From Phycisphaerales bacterium (GTDB taxonomy: Bacteria; Planctomycetota; Phycisphaerae; Phycisphaerales; Phycisphaeraceae), in NCBI GenBank assembly GCA_038241095.1, contig JBBRGB010000001.1, positions 1 through 48,810 of the forward strand: a DNA stretch of 48,810 bases, in the 5' to 3' direction. Below, one piece after another: positions 17,889 through 26,814 of this stretch; the first letter of the stretch is position 1, and the number at the start of each line of letters is the position of its first letter. Both the position numbers and the translations under genes were made by a program. The notes beneath the pieces were generated by a model. It was not told the DNA's origin. It ran no database searches and saw only the letters and a list, made by a program, of their open reading frames with translations.

Positions 17889-19361
17889 TCACATCACGGG
17901 CGGACGCTGGAGGTGATGCTCCGTCAGCGACTGGTACAGCTTCGCCACCCGCAGCAGTTTCGCCTCGGCGAACGCCGGCCCCATGAGTTGCAAGCCCACC
18001 GGCAAGTTCACGTCATCGACCTTGGCCAGCCCACCCGGCAGGCTGATGCCCGGCAGGCCCGCGAGGTTGCAATTGACGGTGTAAACGTCGTTCAAATACA
18101 TCGTCAGCGGGTCATCGGTTTTCGCGCCGAGCTTGAAGGCCGGGCCGGTGGTCGTGGGGCAGAGGATCACATCACATTTTGCAAACGCGGCGTCGAAGTC
18201 GCCCTTGATCAGCCGCCGCGCCTTGAGCGCCCGCAGGTAATAGGCGTCGTAATACCCGCTCGACAACGCATAGGTCCCCAGCATGATTCGCCGCTTGACC
18301 TCCGGGCCAAAACCCTCGGCCCGCGAGCGACTGTAAAGATCAATCAAGTCCTCGGCCTTGTCACTGCGGTGGCCGTAACGCACGCCGTCGTACCGCGCCA
18401 AGTTGCTCGACGCCTCGGCTGTGCAAACGATGTAGTAGGTCGGAATGCCGTATTGCGTGTGCGGCAGCGAAACATCAACCACCTCGGCCCCCGTGCCGGT
18501 GAAAGCCGCGATCGCCTCCTCCATCATCGTGGCCACCGCGGGATGATTGGCGTCCGACAGATACTCGCGCGGCAGGCCGATGCGGAGCTTGCCGTCGGCT
18601 GGCGGCGGGGTCGTCACGGCCACCAGATAATCGTCCACCGGCTCGTTGGCGCTGGTGGAGTCCAGCGGGTCGTGACCGGCGATGACGCCCAGCAACAGCG
18701 CGGCATCCTCGACATCGCGGGTGAAGGTGCCGATCTGATCGAGGCTGCTGGCGAAGGCGACGAGTCCCCAGCGGCTGACGCGGCCGTAGGTGGGTTTCAA
18801 GCCCACGGTTCCCGTCAGCGCCGCCGGTTGGCGAATGGAGCCGCCGGTGTCGGACCCCAGCGCCGCCGGTGCCAGTCCCCCCGCCACCGCCGCCGCCGAA
18901 CCACCGCTTGACCCACCCGGCACGTAGTCCGTGGCCCAGGGATTTTTCACCACCCCGCAGGCGGAATGTTCCGTGGAGGATCCCATCGCAAACTCGTCCA
19001 TGACGCTCTTGCCCAGCACGATGGCACCGGCCTCTTCCAGGCGTGTGACCGCCGTGGCCGTGTAAGGGGCCGCGAAGTCGGCGAGCATTTTTGACGAGCA
19101 GGTGGTGTGCCCGTAATCGGTACACATGTTGTCCTTGATGACCACCGGCACGCCCGCCAGCGGCCCGGTGATTTCACCGGCATCGACTTGGCCCGCATGC
19201 CGCAACGCCCGCTGGCGATAAACCTCATGCAGGGCATTGAGACGCGGGTTGAGTTGATCAATGCGGTCAAGATAAGCCGTAGTCGCTTCCACGGCCGACA
19301 GCGACCGCCGGGCAATGGCGTCGCGGAGTTGCAGGAGTGAAAGGTCGGTGGCGTGGGGCAT
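17889..19361 (-). CDS. gatA: aspartyl/glutamyl-tRNA amidotransferase subunit A
   Basis: From the ATG at 19361 the translation reads MPHATDLSLLQLRDAIARRSLSAVE...GVPVVIKDNMCT...GGSSGGSAAAVA...GSDTGGSIRQPA, an amidase-signature GatA. The N-terminal 34 codons of the track ORF lie in the repeat-rich spacer and are rejected. Confidence 0.93.
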   Translation of the reverse strand: MPHATDLSLLQLRDAIARRSLSAVEATTAYLDRIDQLNPRLNALHEVYRQRALRHAGQVDAGEITGPLAGVPVVIKDNMCTDYGHTTCSSKMLADFAAPYTATAVTRLEEAGAIVLGKSVMDEFAMGSSTEHSACGVVKNPWATDYVPGGSSGGSAAAVAGGLAPAALGSDTGGSIRQPAALTGTVGLKPTYGRVSRWGLVAFASSLDQIGTFTRDVEDAALLLGVIAGHDPLDSTSANEPVDDYLVAVTTPPPADGKLRIGLPREYLSDANHPAVATMMEEAIAAFTGTGAEVVDVSLPHTQYGIPTYYIVCTAEASSNLARYDGVRYGHRSDKAEDLIDLYSRSRAEGFGPEVKRRIMLGTYALSSGYYDAYYLRALKARRLIKGDFDAAFAKCDVILCPTTTGPAFKLGAKTDDPLTMYLNDVYTVNCNLAGLPGISLPGGLAKVDDVNLPVGLQLMGPAFAEAKLLRVAKLYQSLTEHHLQRPPVM

Positions 19362-19486
19362 GGGGCGGGTCAGTCTTGAGGGTTGAGGGTTGAGGTCGTG
19401 TCTTGAGGTCGTGTCTTGAGTTTGCGCTAAACCGCAAGCGAGGTTTTCGGGCTGGGACTTCAAAGCTCAAGACTCAGGACTCAGAC
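19362..19486 (-). repeat. repeat-rich 125-nt gatC|gatA spacer (tandem 13-mers and 7-mers, imperfect hairpin)
   Basis: On the plus strand, GGGTTGA occurs twice (19380-19393) and GGTCGTGTCTTGA twice (19394-19419). On the far side is CTCAAGACTCAGGACTCAGACTCAGGAC. The centre contains CGCTAAACCGCAAGCG (19425-19440). It shares the 9-mer AAGACACGA with the motA|motB hairpin. Confidence 0.7.
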
Positions 19487-19804
19487 TCAGGACTCTGGAC
19501 TCTCCCCCAGGACCTTGGGCACCTTGAAAAAAGGGGGCATTTTGTCCGGCGCGTTGGCCAGCACCGCTTCATTGTCCAGTGGCCGGGCCGGTTCATCGCC
19601 GCGCAACTGGTTGGTGATGTCCGAGGCATGCGCCATGGGCTCAACGCCATCGAGGTCGAGTTCGCCCAGCTTGGCCACATGGTGCAGCACCGCGGAAAGT
19701 TGCACCGCCAGCGGATGAATCTCCTCGTCGGATAGCCGCAGCCGCGCCAGCTTGGCCACATGCCGCACCTGGTCGTCGGAAAGGTTATTGTGATCGTCGC
19801 GCAT
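19487..19804 (-). CDS. gatC: aspartyl/glutamyl-tRNA amidotransferase subunit C
   Basis: From the ATG at 19804 the translation is MRDDHNNLSDDQVRHVAKLARLRLSDEE...LDLDGVEPM.H......LR.DE, a typical GatC. It lies directly upstream of gatA on the same strand. Confidence 0.88.
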   Translation of the reverse strand: MRDDHNNLSDDQVRHVAKLARLRLSDEEIHPLAVQLSAVLHHVAKLGELDLDGVEPMAHASDITNQLRGDEPARPLDNEAVLANAPDKMPPFFKVPKVLGESPES

Positions 19805-19923
19805 GGCCGATAGGATAGCAAAGCAATCACATAATGAGTATCCGGGTTGTGAACAAAAGACGAGTCCCAATGGACCCATTGGGCGTGTCGATGTTATAGT
19901 TCAGCAACATTAGCTAATGTAAA

Positions 19924-21117
19924 TTGGAACATTCATTGGTTTTGCGTGTTTTGCACATCATCGGCAGTCTGGACCCGACTTGCGGAGGCCCACCGATCAT
20001 CGCGGCCAGTTTGGCGGCGGCACAGGCCGGCTTGGGGCTGGAGGTCACCTTGGCGACCATGTCCGACCCGCGTCGGCGACCAGCGGTGACGCAAACCCTG
20101 GCGGGCATCCCCGGCACCGACCGCGTGCGGTTGGTCGAGTTGCCCCAAGCCCAAGGCGTCGAACGCATCTTTGCCAATCAATCGCGCAGGGCATTGCGGC
20201 CACTGATTGAACAATCCGATGTGGTACACCTTCACAGCATCTGGGAATCGGTGCTGCGCGTCGCCGCCATCGAAGCCCGACGATTGCGACGCCCCTATTT
20301 CATCCTGCTCAACGGCATGCTCGATCCCTTTTCCCTAAGCCAAAGCCGATGGAAAAAACGTCTGGCCTTGGCGTTGGGCTACCGGCGAATGCTCAATGGT
20401 GCCGCGGGACTTCACTTGGGCAATGCCGATGAACAACGGCTCATTGAACCCTTGAATCTGCGTACTCCAGGAGTCATCTGTCCCAACGGCATCTTTGAAG
20501 ATCAGATAAATCCCTTGCCCGCCAAGGGGAAATTCCGTGCCGCCCATCCTGAACTGGGGGAAGAACCGTTTGTTCTTTTTTTGAGCCGATTGCATTACAA
20601 AAAAGGTTTGGATTACTTGGCGGAAGGCTTCATCCAATTGTCAAAGGTAAATGCCAACGCGCACTTGGTGGTGGCGGGGCCGGATGGCGGAGCGCGGAAA
20701 GAGTTTGAACAACGCATCGCGCAGGCGGGACTTTCCCCACGAACGCATGTCATCGGCCCACTCTATGGCGCCGCGAAGTTCGAGGCGTTGGTCGATGCCG
20801 ATCTGTTTTGTCTTCCCAGTCGCCAGGAAGGTTTCAGCATGGCGATCACGGAGGCCTTGGCCACCGGGGCCCCGGTGATTTGCACGCCCGGCTGCCATTT
20901 CCCCGAAGTCGCACAAGCCGGGGCGGGCATGGTCGTGGAACCAAACCCCGAGGTCTTGGCCCACGCCCTGCAACGTCTGCTGGATGACGAGGCACTGCGA
21001 GATCGCATGGGGCAAGCCGGGCGTAAACTTGTGCTCTCACGCTTTACGTGGCCCAACATCGCACAACGCATGATTGGGTATTACAAACAAGCGGTGACCA
21101 CGGATGCATCGCATTAG
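19924..21117 (+). CDS. glycosyltransferase family 4 (GT-B, RfaG-like)
   Basis: The N-terminus reads ..VLRVLHIIGSLDPTCGGPP. Further on are FVLFLSRLHYKKGLDYL and LPSRQEGFSMAITEALATGAPVICT, the E-x7-E region. The first codon is TTG (19924); TTG at 19942 is an alternative. Confidence 0.85.
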   Translation: MEHSLVLRVLHIIGSLDPTCGGPPIIAASLAAAQAGLGLEVTLATMSDPRRRPAVTQTLAGIPGTDRVRLVELPQAQGVERIFANQSRRALRPLIEQSDVVHLHSIWESVLRVAAIEARRLRRPYFILLNGMLDPFSLSQSRWKKRLALALGYRRMLNGAAGLHLGNADEQRLIEPLNLRTPGVICPNGIFEDQINPLPAKGKFRAAHPELGEEPFVLFLSRLHYKKGLDYLAEGFIQLSKVNANAHLVVAGPDGGARKEFEQRIAQAGLSPRTHVIGPLYGAAKFEALVDADLFCLPSRQEGFSMAITEALATGAPVICTPGCHFPEVAQAGAGMVVEPNPEVLAHALQRLLDDEALRDRMGQAGRKLVLSRFTWPNIAQRMIGYYKQAVTTDASH

Positions 21118-21178
21118 TCATAAGCGCACGCCTTGCAATTCGATGGAATGTCGATGCGGGTCCACTCGGTGCAACAAC

Positions 21179-22339
21179 ATGCCTACAGAACTAGCCATCA
21201 TTTCCAACGAGCCTACCCCGTATCGTCTGCATGTTCTTGGGCGGATCGCTTCGGAGTTGCCGGAGGTACGATTGCACAGCCTTTTTACGCACGATCGTCA
21301 CCAAGGCAGTTCGGCGTGGCAAATGACCCTTGATCCCGCGATCAACCCCGTATTTTTCAACAAGCACGCTCAACACTTTGGACGCTTTGAACCTGTGCTG
21401 GAATGGCGGCTGGGGGGGGTCATCAAACAATACCTGTTGGCCAATCAGATAAGGGTGGTCATGCTCGGCGGCTACAACGATCTTGCTCGGCTCCGCCTGA
21501 TCCAATGGGCCAACCGCGCAGGCCTCCCACTGCTGTTGACCGCCGACTCGAACATCCACGCCGAAGGTCGCTTAAGCGTACCCAAGCGACTGGTTAAGAT
21601 ACTATTTATGCGCTGGCTTATTCGGCGACTGGCGGGGCTCATGCCGGGCGGCTCCGCGGGACTCGCCTACTTTCGCAGCTACCTCGATCACGATAAGCCC
21701 ACCTTCCTCTTTCCATACGAACCCGACTACGCCGCCATCCGTGCCTGCGATGACGCGACTCGTGGTGGGTTCATGAACAAACACGGTCTGGCCCCCGCTC
21801 GCAAACGCCTGCTCTTCGTCGGCAGGTTGGTTGCCGTGAAACGTCCCGCCGACGCAATTGAGGCCTTCATCCGAATCGCCCCCGACCGCCCCGACTGGGA
21901 CTTGGTGCTGGCCGGGGATGGTCCGCTGCGCCAGTCGCTGCAGGCCGCGGTTCCTCCAATGCTAAGCGACCGCGTGCGCTGGACCGGATTCCTTCAGATG
22001 GAAGATGTCATCCCATGCTACCATGCCTGTGACGTTCTGGTACTGCCCAGTGATTACGAGCCGTGGGCCCTCGTGGTCAGCGAGGCCGTCGCGGCTGGAT
22101 TGGCCGTTGTCACCTCGGACGTGGTCGGTGCCGCCGTGGACCTCGTGCGCCCGGGCGTCAACGGACGAACCTTCCCACCGCGCCAGATCGATCAACTGGC
22201 CAACGCCCTTCTGGAAGTGACTGACCCGGCACACTGCGCCCGCTATAAAGAAAACTCGGGCCGGATTCTCAACGACTGGGTATCGTGCGTCGATCCGGTT
22301 GCAAGCGTGCGTCGTGTCGTCAGACATTTTGTCCCATAG
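21179..22339 (+). CDS. glycosyltransferase family 4 (GT-B)
   Basis: ATG at 21179 (MPTELAIISNEPTPYRLHVL...). Contains LLFVGRLVAVKR and VLVLPSDYEPWALVVSEAVAAGLAVVTSD, a GT1/GT4 C-terminal domain. Confidence 0.8.
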   Translation: MPTELAIISNEPTPYRLHVLGRIASELPEVRLHSLFTHDRHQGSSAWQMTLDPAINPVFFNKHAQHFGRFEPVLEWRLGGVIKQYLLANQIRVVMLGGYNDLARLRLIQWANRAGLPLLLTADSNIHAEGRLSVPKRLVKILFMRWLIRRLAGLMPGGSAGLAYFRSYLDHDKPTFLFPYEPDYAAIRACDDATRGGFMNKHGLAPARKRLLFVGRLVAVKRPADAIEAFIRIAPDRPDWDLVLAGDGPLRQSLQAAVPPMLSDRVRWTGFLQMEDVIPCYHACDVLVLPSDYEPWALVVSEAVAAGLAVVTSDVVGAAVDLVRPGVNGRTFPPRQIDQLANALLEVTDPAHCARYKENSGRILNDWVSCVDPVASVRRVVRHFVP

Positions 22340-22343
22340 TTGA

Positions 22344-23687
22344 TTATGCGATGGTTGCCTCTGCCGCAATGGGGCGGTCGGCCATGAATGCTGATTCCTG
22401 TGCCGTGATCTCCGCCACCCGCGCTATGATTATGCACAGGCCCATCATGTCGTAAATACTCATGATGCTTGTGCCCTTCATCGATATAATTACCACTGAT
22501 ATAACGCAGCCCAAAAATGCCAGTACCACTGAATTTCGCACATAGTCACTTGGTGATAACGCAATCAATCGGTAACCCGCCTGTGCAGTCCGCGCCAACA
22601 GCAGTGCAAGCAATGTGAAGCCTATCAAACCAAGTTCGGCCAGACAATCAATAAACGCGTTTTCCGAAGTGTAGCCCAAGACCACCGGACTGTAGAGCGA
22701 TCCAGTCCCCATGCCAATGAGCCAATAGATCGGGCCAGAGTTAATCCACGCGGTGATGGCGGTGCGTGCCAGGTCCAGTCTGCCTTCGATGGACTCGTTA
22801 AACCCTTCCTGCTGCCATCTGGTCCCGGTGGCGTACTCCGAAATCACCCAATTGAGCGCAATGGCAAAGATGGCAACAATGCCGACAACAACCAGTATCT
22901 GTCGGGGGCGGCGGAAACCATAGGCAAGTGGAATCAAGAGCACCGATGCGACGACGGCCCCCAAGAGCGGACCGCGGGACCCGGACCGAACAATCACAGC
23001 CAAGGCAATCAACATCACCGGCCAACGCAACAGTCCCCACAATGAGACGAATCGATGGGGTCGCACAAGTATCGATATGACCGTTACAAACATGCCCAGC
23101 TGCGCGGGGGCCAGAGGGTTGCCTCCTTTTCCCGATATTCTGCCAGCTCCTTGAATGCCTCTGCCAGTCCATTCAAACCCAAACAACGCCAAGGCGAGTA
23201 CCAAGCCTCCGCCGAGTGCGATCGCTTTTGCCGCTGCCCGCATATCCTCCACGTTATTGACCAGTCGCGGCACGAGAATGATCCAAAGCAGGACATAGGG
23301 CCCCTCGGATGTCCACATGATCCAGAAGCCTTCGGGATATGGCGTCCAAAGAAGGGACAAACCTGACCACGCATAAAGGCCTATGCCCAGCCACCCGACC
23401 TTGGACGTGATTGACAATACAGGCGCTCTTCTCGCCGCGGCCACCACCAGCGCCAACACGACTCCAACGGCAACGGCAATGTGCACTATTTGACTTTGAA
23501 TCCCCACCACGGGAGATCTCGCCTCCAGCAGTTGTTTGATAAGCATGGCGGAAAAGACAAACACCAGGCAAGCCGATGGCCTCCATAGTGAAAGCGTGGC
23601 CATTGCCACGATAATGCCCAGGGCCACAGCGTAAATCATGGGTGTTCTCCGAGCGATTCGATGCGGATCTTGTCGAAATGCCCACAT
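22344..23687 (-). CDS. O-antigen ligase / Wzy-type polymerase family membrane protein
   Basis: The protein is polytopic (about 10 or more hydrophobic helices) with a central VRSGSRGPLLGAVVASVLL block typical of Wzy_C/O-antigen ligase domains. An alternative start is the ATG at 23639 (MIYAVALG...). It is noticeably more AT-rich than its surroundings. Confidence 0.7.
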   Translation of the reverse strand: MWAFRQDPHRIARRTPMIYAVALGIIVAMATLSLWRPSACLVFVFSAMLIKQLLEARSPVVGIQSQIVHIAVAVGVVLALVVAAARRAPVLSITSKVGWLGIGLYAWSGLSLLWTPYPEGFWIMWTSEGPYVLLWIILVPRLVNNVEDMRAAAKAIALGGGLVLALALFGFEWTGRGIQGAGRISGKGGNPLAPAQLGMFVTVISILVRPHRFVSLWGLLRWPVMLIALAVIVRSGSRGPLLGAVVASVLLIPLAYGFRRPRQILVVVGIVAIFAIALNWVISEYATGTRWQQEGFNESIEGRLDLARTAITAWINSGPIYWLIGMGTGSLYSPVVLGYTSENAFIDCLAELGLIGFTLLALLLARTAQAGYRLIALSPSDYVRNSVVLAFLGCVISVVIISMKGTSIMSIYDMMGLCIIIARVAEITAQESAFMADRPIAAEATIA

Positions 23688-24102
23688 GCGGCATTGAGTG
23701 GTGAAATCACTGCGTTAAATGACACCGCATTTTGCAGGCAGTGATGTCCATCATTCGCGCGTTCCATGCCACACCGGGCCAACGCGGGTGAAGTTTAATA
23801 ATCGGTTGTTCGTCGCGCATGATCCATAGAATAGTCAATTCCAATCGGGGCGGAATTCTGCTTACGGCCTTTGCCCACGTTTTCAAGGGCAACGGTGTTG
23901 ATGCGCCGCTGGACTTGCCAGAACCGAGTGACGCAAGCCCCCGTCGCACGCGCAGGGACGTGGCTTGCCACAGTGACATACATCCGAAGGCTAACGACTT
24001 GCGGCTCCGACAAACAACCGCGGCAGCACGCATTGTTCAACCGCGCTGGCTGGACACCTCGCCGCCCGTGCCGCCTTGCCCCGCCGAGGGTAAACTCTTG
24101 CC

Positions 24103-25617
24103 ATGCTTGCGCAGGTTCACAGCTTTGTGCTCCAAGGGATTGACCCGGTGGCCTGTGAGGTCGAGGTCGATGTCGCCGACCGGGGGCTTGCCCGCACGGC
24201 CATCGTGGGGCTGCCCGACGCCAACGTCAAGGAATCCATCGAGCGGGTTCGCAGCGCCATCATCAACAGCGGCTTCGCCTTTCCCGATGCCCGCATGTTG
24301 GTCAACCTCGCCCCGGCGGACATTCCCAAGCAAGGGCCTATCTTCGATCTGCCCATCGCCGTGGGGCTGCTCTTGGCCAACGGCACGATCCAGACGCAGA
24401 AGCACAAACGGATGCTATTCGCCGGGGAGTTGGCGTTGGACGGTCGCATTCGGCCGATCAATGGGGCGATCAACCTGGCGATTCTGGCGCGGCAGCTTGA
24501 CGCCCCGGCGGTGGTGGTGCCGGTGGCCAACGCCGCGGAAGCCGCTGCCGCCGGAGGCGTGGAGGTGATTCCCGCCGACACCTTGGCCAGCGTGGTGGGG
24601 TATCTCAATGAGAATCACGAAATCGAGCCGCAGCCCGAAGCGGACGTCGATGCCATGCTGGATCACGCCACACCGGAGATCGACTTCGGCGATGTGCGCG
24701 GGCAAGAGGCGGCCAAGCGGGCCATGATGGTCGCGGCAGCGGGAGCGCACAACATCCTGATGCTCGGTCCCGCCGGCACGGGCAAGACCATGATGGCCAA
24801 GGCGTTGCCTGGCATTCTGCCGCCCCTGTCGCGGCAAGAGGCGCTGGACGTGACGCGCATCTTTTCGAGCGTGGGCCAGATTCCCCGCGGTCAACCACTG
24901 ATGACCCGTCGGCCCTACCGCTGCCCGCATCACACCGCCAGCAGCGTGGCCATGATCGGCGGCGGAGCGATACCCCGGCCCGGCGAAGTCAGCATGGCGC
25001 ATCACGGCGTGCTCTTCTTGGACGAGATGCCCGAGTTCCCCCGCATCGTGCTTGAGACGCTGCGGCAACCGCTCGAAGACGGCTGCGTGACCATCGCCCG
25101 TGCCCACAGCTCGCTGCGCTTCCCGGCGAGGTTCATGCTCGTCGGCGCGATGAACCCCACACCCAAAGGCGACAAGCCGACGGATGAAGTCAGCCAGCGG
25201 GCGATGGAGCGTTACCTCTCGAAGTTGAGCGGCCCGCTGGTGGATCGCATCGACATTCACATCGAGGTCCCGGCTGTGCCTTACAAACAGTTGACCGGCG
25301 CGGCCAAGGGCACGGACTCGGCGACCATGCGCAAAGCCGTCATCGAAGCCCGCAAACGCCAGACGGCTCGCAACGGCGGGCCTACGAAACCCAACAGCAC
25401 ACTCACCGGCCGGGAGTTGGACAAGCTGGCGGTGATGGATGAGCAGAGCCAAATGATCATCAAGCAGGCCATGACCGAAATGGGCCTAAGCGCCCGGGCT
25501 TACGACAAGATTCGCCGGGTGGCGAGAACCATCGCCGACTTGGAAGGGGAATCGCAAGTGGCTTTGCAGCATGTGGCCGAGGCGATTCAGTACCGCTTGC
25601 TGGATCGCGTGCTGTGA
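24103..25617 (+). CDS. comM: YifB/ComM-family Mg-chelatase-like AAA+ ATPase
   Basis: Contains MLAQVHSFVLQGIDPV.CEVEVD, IPKQGPIFDLPIAVGLL, MLGPAGTGKTMMAK (Walker A), GVLFLDEMPEF (Walker B) and VDRIDIH..V, a canonical YifB/ComM sequence. Confidence 0.92.
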   Translation: MLAQVHSFVLQGIDPVACEVEVDVADRGLARTAIVGLPDANVKESIERVRSAIINSGFAFPDARMLVNLAPADIPKQGPIFDLPIAVGLLLANGTIQTQKHKRMLFAGELALDGRIRPINGAINLAILARQLDAPAVVVPVANAAEAAAAGGVEVIPADTLASVVGYLNENHEIEPQPEADVDAMLDHATPEIDFGDVRGQEAAKRAMMVAAAGAHNILMLGPAGTGKTMMAKALPGILPPLSRQEALDVTRIFSSVGQIPRGQPLMTRRPYRCPHHTASSVAMIGGGAIPRPGEVSMAHHGVLFLDEMPEFPRIVLETLRQPLEDGCVTIARAHSSLRFPARFMLVGAMNPTPKGDKPTDEVSQRAMERYLSKLSGPLVDRIDIHIEVPAVPYKQLTGAAKGTDSATMRKAVIEARKRQTARNGGPTKPNSTLTGRELDKLAVMDEQSQMIIKQAMTEMGLSARAYDKIRRVARTIADLEGESQVALQHVAEAIQYRLLDRVL

Positions 25618-25621
25618 GGAT

Positions 25622-25653
25622 GAAAAAAGACGGCGACGTGTACAACGTCGCCG
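25622..25653 (-). terminator. rho-independent terminator for the HDOD gene
   Basis: The minus strand reads CGGCGACGT-tgtac-ACGTCGCCG (9-bp stem, 25631-25653) followed by TCTTTTTTCA (25630-25621). It lies 58 nt after the HDOD stop, in the convergent gap with comM. Confidence 0.7.
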
Positions 25654-25710
25654 CCTGGAGGGAAAAGAGAGACAAGGGAATAAGTGGCTCGGCCAAGACA
25701 AGCATGGCGG

Positions 25711-26658
25711 TCAATCCGTCATCACGGTGCCAGCGTCGGTGACGGCCTCGGGCAACAGTTTGCCGACCTTTTCAATCGTCGCCTGCGAGAGGCCCGCGGC
25801 CTTGGCCACGTCATCGGGCACCTCGGCGAACTCCACAGTACGGGTGCAACCGAGTTTTTGTTGAGCCGCGAGAATGTCAGCGATGTGAACCAGGCACGCC
25901 AGCACGCGATGCTGCGGCGCTAGTTCCAACGGTCGATGGTGAAACCCGGTGACGTAAATGAAACTCGAAGGGAACTTCCAGTTCTTGCACAGGGCTGCGC
26001 CGAACTGTTCGTGCGTCGCGCCGAGCGTCAGCAACTCGGCTTGGCGCAAAGTGGCGCTGCGGCCGCTTTCCAACTGCGCCCAGGCGGCGATGAACTTGGG
26101 CCGCCGGGCCTGCACTTCGATCATGATGCCCAGATCGTGAATCAGCCCCGCAAGAAACGCCTCATCGGGCAGGCCCAGGTCGGCCTCTTTGGCCAACCGG
26201 CGTGTGCCCGTGGCCACGGCGATGCTGTGTTGCCAGAGGTCGCGGGCGATGAAACCGGGGCAAATCTGCCCGCCACGAAACAGCTTGGCCAAGCTCGCGG
26301 CGATGGCGATATTCTTCACGGCGTTCAAGCCCAGCAGCACGATGGCGCGGTTGATCGAGCCGATCTGTCCGGGCAGGCCGTAGAAAGCGCTGTTGACGAC
26401 CTTGAGGATGCGGGCACCCAAGGCCGGGTCGTTGGTGATGATCTTGTTCAGGTCTTGCGCGGAGCTGTCGGGGTCTTCGACCAAGCGGATAATTTGCAGG
26501 GTGATTTCGGGCAGGGTGGCGATCTGCGTGATCTCGGCGATGGCCGCGTTGATCAGCGTGATCTGCGCCGGCTCAGCCCAATCCGCCGCCGAGCCGGGGG
26601 CCAAGCCGGGGGACGAGCCGGGGGACGAAACGGGCGGTGATAGCGTGGCCTGTGGCAT
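25711..26658 (-). CDS. HDOD domain-containing signalling protein
   Basis: Contains LPEITLQIIRLVEDPDSSAQDLNKIITNDPALGARILKVVNSAFYGLPGQIGSINRAIVLLGLNAVKNIA...AGLIHDLG, an HDOD (HD-related output domain) pattern. Confidence 0.85.
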   Translation of the reverse strand: MPQATLSPPVSSPGSSPGLAPGSAADWAEPAQITLINAAIAEITQIATLPEITLQIIRLVEDPDSSAQDLNKIITNDPALGARILKVVNSAFYGLPGQIGSINRAIVLLGLNAVKNIAIAASLAKLFRGGQICPGFIARDLWQHSIAVATGTRRLAKEADLGLPDEAFLAGLIHDLGIMIEVQARRPKFIAAWAQLESGRSATLRQAELLTLGATHEQFGAALCKNWKFPSSFIYVTGFHHRPLELAPQHRVLACLVHIADILAAQQKLGCTRTVEFAEVPDDVAKAAGLSQATIEKVGKLLPEAVTDAGTVMTD

Positions 26659-26814
26659 GACGATGAACTCCAGCGACGGTCAAGCCGCCTTGTGTTCATC
26701 GGCGAGAGGTGAAGTGAACTTAACGCCTTACTCCATCAGAGCCGCCGGGCGTAAGCCTGCGGTGGATGGTGAACAGCGTGGCAATCGCAGACGCGGAGTG
26801 AATCGACCGGGGGC

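Noticed and set aside
19362-19486. Possible CRISPR-like array, because of the short direct repeats
   Set aside because: The repeat units are 7-13 nt and contiguous, with no unique spacers. The whole region is 125 nt. There are no cas genes in the window.
19867-19884. CCCAATGG-AC-CCATTGGG palindrome between gatC and the first glycosyltransferase, as a possible regulator site
   Set aside because: It is a single 8-bp-arm palindrome with no second copy in the window and no adjacent regulator gene. It cannot be distinguished from chance.
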